Positions 55,522 through 64,000 of a stretch of 64,000 nt of DNA are shown here, piece by piece. Under the pieces are notes generated by a model, which worked only from the letters and a program-made list of their open reading frames with translations, was not told the DNA's origin and made no database searches. Origin of the DNA: the human T2T-CHM13v2.0 reference genome, Homo sapiens. The stretch is taken from assembly GCF_009914755.1 (NCBI RefSeq), contig NC_060934.1; one strand, given 5' to 3'. The translations under genes and the position numbers were made by a program. How positions within the stretch are numbered: position 1 is the first letter of the stretch; every line of letters begins with the position of its first letter.

Positions 55522-56292
55522 AAAATACTTGCAGGGGCAAAGCCAATGATCTCATTTAAAGATGTGAAGCTATTTATATTATGAAATCAGTATTTAATAT
55601 ATCCACAGTAATTTTTATTTCATTTTCTTTATCATAAATATATAACAAAGAATATTCACTTTTTTTACTAAGGTGATTTTGTCAGAGACTACACAAGTAG
55701 ATGTAAAAAGTAGCATATTCTTGCTTTGTCTTTAATGAATTAAAACTGCTTTCTTGCTCTTATCAGATCATTTCTTCTCTGACCTTTTAAAATCATATTT
55801 CATAGGCTTATCACTTTTAAACACAACTCCTTTCTTTGACAAATGCAACATTGAAATAGTTTGTGATAACAAATGGTTTTGAATCTTTTAAAATGTTTTC
55901 TTATTATTTCAAAATTTTAATAAAGTGCTTCTTCCAGCAAAAATAGATACAGCTTTACTGGTCTTTCTAACTCTTTAGCACACAAAGTCCAACACTTACT
56001 AAAACATCAGTAGTGATTTCTTAAGTCCATGGATATTGACAGTGCACATTACTGTATTTCTTGTGGTCCTTCCAAACTTGGATCATGTGTATTAAAATGC
56101 TTGAAAATGTTAGTTAACACATTTTTTTAAGCTTACAACTAATCTTCGACTCTGTAAAGTAAGAATAATTTATACTCACATAAATTTTAATTGTTATTTG
56201 AGCTCAGCTATTCTTAACAAAAAATTTCATTGGTTATACTCTGTGCTATGAACCAGGAAAGAGTGTTTTTTTGATCTTAATTCTTTGCATAG

Positions 56293-56377
56293 AGCTGAAA
56301 ACAGATATGACTACAGTGGCTTGGATTCGCTATCTTGAGAATATCATTTAATGTGGACTATAGATGCATGGAAAAAG
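56293..56377 (+). pseudogene. Candidate exon K: AENRYDYSGLDSLS*EYHLMWTIDAWKK
   Basis: Acceptor tcttaattctttgcatag|A, in phase with exon J, one TGA (56336-38); donor degenerate. Confidence 0.35.
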
Positions 56378-57224
56378 TTTTACACTAACATTTATGTGTA
56401 ATTAAAATGATGGATTCTTTTACTCATAGTATTTGAAATGAACTTTTTATGTAAAGCCGCTAACTACTATGAAAGCAGTATCACACCCATTTAAACAGTG
56501 TTTCTAGTGTATTTTATTTCTTCTGACATATTCATATAGTACTTTAAGTATCTTATTTCAAGAACTTTGTTTTGGTAACTCTTTGTAAGACAGATAATGT
56601 TTTTTTCCAAGCATTTCTCTTTAGGCAGTCTTAACTAGATTTATTAACTGCACGTTACTAGAAATGTCCATAGAGTCATCAGTCTTTGTTTGATTTAAAT
56701 ATTTTCTAGAGTAGTGCTTCCTCTGTGTCACCTCACATCATAAATGCATCTACTAATGGTACTATATAAAAGTGACATCTTTTCTATGACTTTGCCTTGC
56801 TGTTCTCAAATTTTCACATAGGCTGTTAAATTGAATGATTCTGCAATTACACATGGAACTTGGCTTTAGCTATGAAATTGAACTTAATGTAATACTGTTG
56901 AATCTGATTTCACAAGAGAATTTTGTTTCTTATTTTGAACTTGCACATGCTTTAAGAAGTTCAAAGCTTTTTCTCTTTGAGATATAAATTTTGTGGGGTG
57001 GAGCTGGCCTGATTTGCTAGGCACTATTGTTTCACTTGATAACTTTTCCAAGACAAAAAAAAAAAAAATTAGCCTAATTAGGGTGAGGAAGAGAAAAATT
57101 AGTGAACTTAAATGCCAAACCAAGATTATCCTCATTATTCTGCTTGAAAGTGACTTAAGCTTCCTGATCTCTTGGCTTTCTTGGTTGACCATTTCTGCAA
57201 TATTATTTTGAAATTCTTCTCTCT

Positions 57225-57540
<316 letters not shown>

Positions 57541-57635
57541 TCAAGCTGAGCCTAGAAACTGTTCCTCCAGCCCTTGCAACCACACTACATGTTAAATTCC
57601 CTGCTAGTTAGAATTGATTTTGTTTTCTGCAACAG

Positions 57636-57732
57636 AATGATATAATACTTCGAACCAGAGTGGTTTTTGACCTTAGAAGATCAAAGATAGAAATCCAGGA
57701 CTGGTCATTTGACCTGCTTGAATTTGAAAACA
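57636..57732 (+). pseudogene. Candidate exon L (97 nt, phase 0 to 1): NDIILRTRVVFDLRRSKIEIQDWSFDLLEFEN
   Basis: Acceptor ttttgttttctgcaacag|, donor ACA|gtaaga, 32 open codons. Confidence 0.55.
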
Positions 57733-57825
57733 GTAAGAATCTGCTTAATTTGAGAGAATGTCTTTAAAAATTGGAAGTCATCTGTGGTTTTCTGGAAAGA
57801 AGTACCCATTGGACACATTTTTGGC

Positions 57826-58020
57826 TTTTTTTAAGAGACAGGGTCTCACTCTGTCACTCAGGCTGGAATGCAGTGACGTGATTGTAGCTCAGTGCAGCCT
57901 CCAACTCCTCAGCTCAAGGCATCCTCCCACCTCAGCTTCCCAAGTAGCTGGGACCACAGGCATGTGCCACCACAGCTGGCTAACTTTTTTGTAGAGATTG
58001 GGTCTGGTTTTGTTGCCCAG
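57826..58020 (-). mobile_element. AluJ, truncated
   Basis: Alu reverse complement; TSD-like attggacacattttt / attggacacaatttt. Confidence 0.85.
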
Positions 58021-58309
58021 GACATATTGGACACAATTTTGACAGACCCAGTGGCTACTGCCATAGCACAATGTGGTAAACAGAAGAACTACAAGGGACA
58101 TGGGATGGGCAGATTACTTCTGGTATACCTGTTAGATCTGAGACAAAAAAAGATAGGTTTAGAGATTTAAATGCCTAGTAGAAGCCATGGCTACAGGACA
58201 AGAGAGTTTCTATGACTGTCACACACTGATTATCTTACCTCTCATATCCACAGTCTGGACCTCTGGATTTCTGGTTTACAATGTGTGCTGAATGCATGGC
58301 TTCACCAGG

Positions 58310-59580
58310 CTTCTGAAACGGCCTAGAAGCAATGATTGACCCAGCAGCAATGAGCAACCTAGTGTCTAGATTATGGTCTCTAAATGCCATTTTCCAGTAT
58401 AATGAACCTAGGTTCTTTGGATTCCAGTTTGGGGACATAAAATATGTAAGATGAGCTGGAAACGTGTTTCATACTAAACAACAGGGAAGCTATAAAAGGC
58501 TACTGGAGTCATATCAAAAGGACACTGAAAATTAAAGGGGCTCTCAGGCTGGGTGCAGTTGTTCACACCTGTAATCCCAATACTCTGGGAGGCAGAGGCA
58601 GGAAAATTGCTTGAGGTCAGAAGTTTGAGACCAGCCTGGGAAACATGGTGAGACCTTGTTTTCACAATTTTTTTTTTTAATTAGCTGTGTGCCTATAATC
58701 CTAGCTACTAAGGAGGCTGAGGTGGGAGAATCACTTGAGCCCAGGAATTTGAGGTTGCAGTGAGTTATGATCGCACTGCTATATTCCAGCTTGGATGACG
58801 GAGCCAGACCTTGTCTCTAAAACAAACAAACAAATAAACGAAAATTTTAAAAAAGGGCTCCCACTGACCAATATAGGACAATTTATCAAAAATAATAGTG
58901 ACTATGATTGATTTTAATATATCTGTTAGAAACCCATGTGTTTATATTGCTAATAAACAAAGAACCAAAACTCATTAATTACCTTTGGAAGTTCTAGGTA
59001 ACAATGCATTACCCCCCAAAAACTGGTAAAAACAACGAAAGAATAGAACATTTATCCTGCCTTTCCTATATGAACTGTATTTCCTGTTAATCAGATAGTT
59101 GATGAGAAAAGATCTTAGAACTATAACTAATAAATTCAGAAGTAATGGAGGACATAGAAGATCAACATTCTGCAAACATCTAATGAAATCATGGACCCAG
59201 AAAATTATGCTCAATGGCTACTCAAACTAATAGATAAAAAAAGAAAGCTGAATGGAATGTTATAGAGGAGATATCAGGCTAATAACACCTGAACCCACTC
59301 ATTAAGTCATCAAACGGGAGATATCCAGAAATTTTATGTTTTCTGATGTGACACAATAGGAAATATATAGCATCGCCTGTGATGGGTTACTGTCAAAAAT
59401 TGCTCCTGAATGTATCACTCTCTGGATATAAACACCCATTTATAGAATAAAACAGCCTACAGACCACCATGTTAAATCACATTACGGAAAACAATCACGA
59501 ACAAAAGGACAAATAAGTTACCTGGTTTCTTTAATGAATAGATAGCAAGATTTAACAAAGAGCAGGCTGAAATTGCTGTA
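58310..59580 (+). mobile_element. L1MC-type 3' fragment containing an AluJ (58547-58840)
   Basis: gacccagcagcaatgagcaacctagtgtctagattatggtctctaaatgccatt motif; Alu flanked by gggctctca / gggctccca. Confidence 0.7.
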
Positions 59581-59584
59581 TGTT

Positions 59585-61850
<2,266 letters not shown>

Positions 61851-61854
61851 TCTA

Positions 61855-62659
61855 TTTTTTTAATTATACTTAAGTTCTAGGGTACACGTGCACAATGAGC
61901 AAGTTTGTTACATAGGTATACATGTGCCATGTTGGTTTGCTGCACCCATCAACTCGCCATTTACATTAGGTATTTCTCCTAATGCTATCCCTCCCCCAGC
62001 CCCTCAACCCCCCGACAGGCCCTGGTGTGTGATGTTCCCCTCCCTGTGTCCATGTGTTCTCACTGTTCAACTCCCACCTATGAATGAGAACACGCGGTGT
62101 TTGGTTTTCTGTCCTTGTGATAGTTTGCTGAGAATGATGGTTTCCAGCTTCATCCATGGCCCTGCAAAGGACATGAACTCATTCTTTTTTATGGCTGCAT
62201 AGTGTTCCATGGTGTATATGTGCTACATTTTCTTAATCCAGTCTATCATTGATGAGCATTTGGGTTGGTTCCAAGTCTGCTATTGTGAATCGTGCTGCAA
62301 TAAACATATGTGTGCATGTGACTTTATAGTAGCATGATTTATAATCCTTTGGGTATATACCCAGTAATGGGATGGCTGGGTCAAATGGTATTTCTAGTTC
62401 TAGATCCTTGAGGAATCACCACACTGTCTTCCACAATGGTTGAACTAATTTACACTCCCACCAACAGTGTAAAAGCATTCCTATTTCTCCACATCCTCTC
62501 CAGCACCTGTTGTTTCCTGACTTTTTAATGATCCCCATTCTAACTGGCGTGAGATGGTATCTCATTGTGGTTTTCATTTGCATTTCTCTGATGACCAGTG
62601 ATGATGAGCATTTTTTCATGTGTCTGTTGGCTGCATAAATATCTTCTTTTGAGAAGTGA
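61855..62659 (-). mobile_element. L1PA6-like, 5'-truncated (~0.8 kb)
   Basis: aagttctagggtaca...gttggtttgctgcacccatcaactc; ORF2 end 62416-62619; TSD ttgaatctattt / ttgaatccattt. Confidence 0.92.
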
Positions 62660-62669
62660 TTGAATCCAT

Positions 62670-64000
62670 TTACAAATTAGTAATATCACAAATGAAAGTG
62701 GGACATCACTATAGATAATACAGATATTAAAAGAATAACTCAGGGAAATACTATTAACAAATTCATACCAATAAATTTGACAACTTACCTACACTGGACA
62801 AATTCATCTAATTACATGCACTACCAAAGCTCACTGAAGAAGAAATAGATAATCTCAATAGCTGTGTATCTACTAAAAATAAAATTCATAATTAAAAACC
62901 TTCCCACAGAAAAAAAGAAGATAGCTTCACTGATATATTCTACCAAACATTAAAGGGAGAAAACTTACCAATTCTACATAAAGAATTCCAGAGAATTGAA
63001 GAAGAGGAAATACCTCCCAAATTATTTTCTGAGGCCAGCATTATCATGAAACCAAGATCAAAGACATTATGAGAAAAGAAAGCTACAAACCAAAGTCCCT
63101 CATGAGTATAGATGCAAAGATCTTTAACTGAATATTACCAAATCAAATCCAGTTTTGTGTAAAATGGTAATGCATAATATCCAAGTGGGACTTTATCCAG
63201 TAATGCAAGGTTGGTTCAACATTTGAAAATAATTCTGTGTAATATCAGCATGTTAACAGACCAGAGAGGAAAAACCATACAATTATTAAAGTAGATGTTA
63301 GCAAACACATTTGACAGATTTCGGCTTAATTCACTACAGTAATTCACCAGCAAACAAGGAGAGGAAGGAAACTTTCCTGACTTGATTAAGGGCACTTTTT
63401 AAAAGCTTATATTTCATGGTAAAGGCTGAATGCTTTCTCCCTAAGATTTGGCATGAGGCAAGATGTTCTTTTACCACTTTATTCAAAATTGTGTTAAAGA
63501 TTTTACCTTGAGCAACAGGGCAAGACAACTTTTGTTTCAAAAAGAAAGATAGCCAGATTGGAAGCAAAAATGTCTTTACTGGTAGATAACATGATCGTCT
63601 ACATAAAAAATCCTAATGAATCTACAAAAAATTTACTAGAATAAGTGAGCTCAACAAGATCACAGTAGAAAAGATCAATATAAAAATCAAATGTATTTGT
63701 TATACTAGAAATAACCATTCCAAAATTGAAATTTAAAAAATACTCTTTACAATAGCATAAGAACTTACAAAAATACTCAGATGCAAGCTTTTAAAAATGT
63801 AAGTGTGAGACCTGCACATGAAGAAATAAATTTTAAAATAAATAAGGAGCTATACTATGTTAATAATTTAGAAAACTCAGTATTAAGCTGTCAATTCTTC
63901 CTGAATTTATCTATAGATTAAATGTAATTCTTACCAAAATTCCAGCAGATTTTCTGATGAAAATTGACAAGCTAATTTTAAAATGTGTAGGAAAATGCAA
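62670..64000 (+). mobile_element. Old L1M ORF2 relic
   Basis: Degenerate ORF2 motifs (ctcactgaagaagaaatagataatc, gaggccagcattatc, atgcaaggttggttcaacatttg). Confidence 0.85.

Overview
Primate (catarrhine, most likely human or ape) genomic DNA, AT-rich, in which well over half the sequence is transposon-derived. It holds L1PA4/L1PA6/L1PB1/L1PB2/L1M LINEs, about 14 Alus, ERV1/ERVL/MaLR LTRs, MER33/MER1B DNA transposons, and MIR and L2 relics. Every long ORF in the supplied track comes from an L1 or LTR, and none is intact. Three points stand out. (1) Short + strand segments in the unique DNA between repeats have splice signals and compatible reading phases. Joined, they give an uninterrupted 117-codon N-terminus (9131-44092), followed by exons carrying a homopolymer frameshift and nonsense codons. 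This looks like a decayed multi-exon gene (candidate unitary pseudogene) that I cannot name. (2) A ~19-kb nest (L1M > L1PB2 > LTR2, MER1B, L1PA6 > L1PA4) fills one candidate intron. Its head-to-tail L1PA6 and L1PA4 share many non-consensus bases in patches, suggesting ectopic gene conversion, and each has a microhomology-bounded ORF2 deletion. (3) There are several small DNA-repair scars. Repeat subfamily names come from recalled consensus sequences and need RepeatMasker/Dfam confirmation. Coordinates were read by eye.
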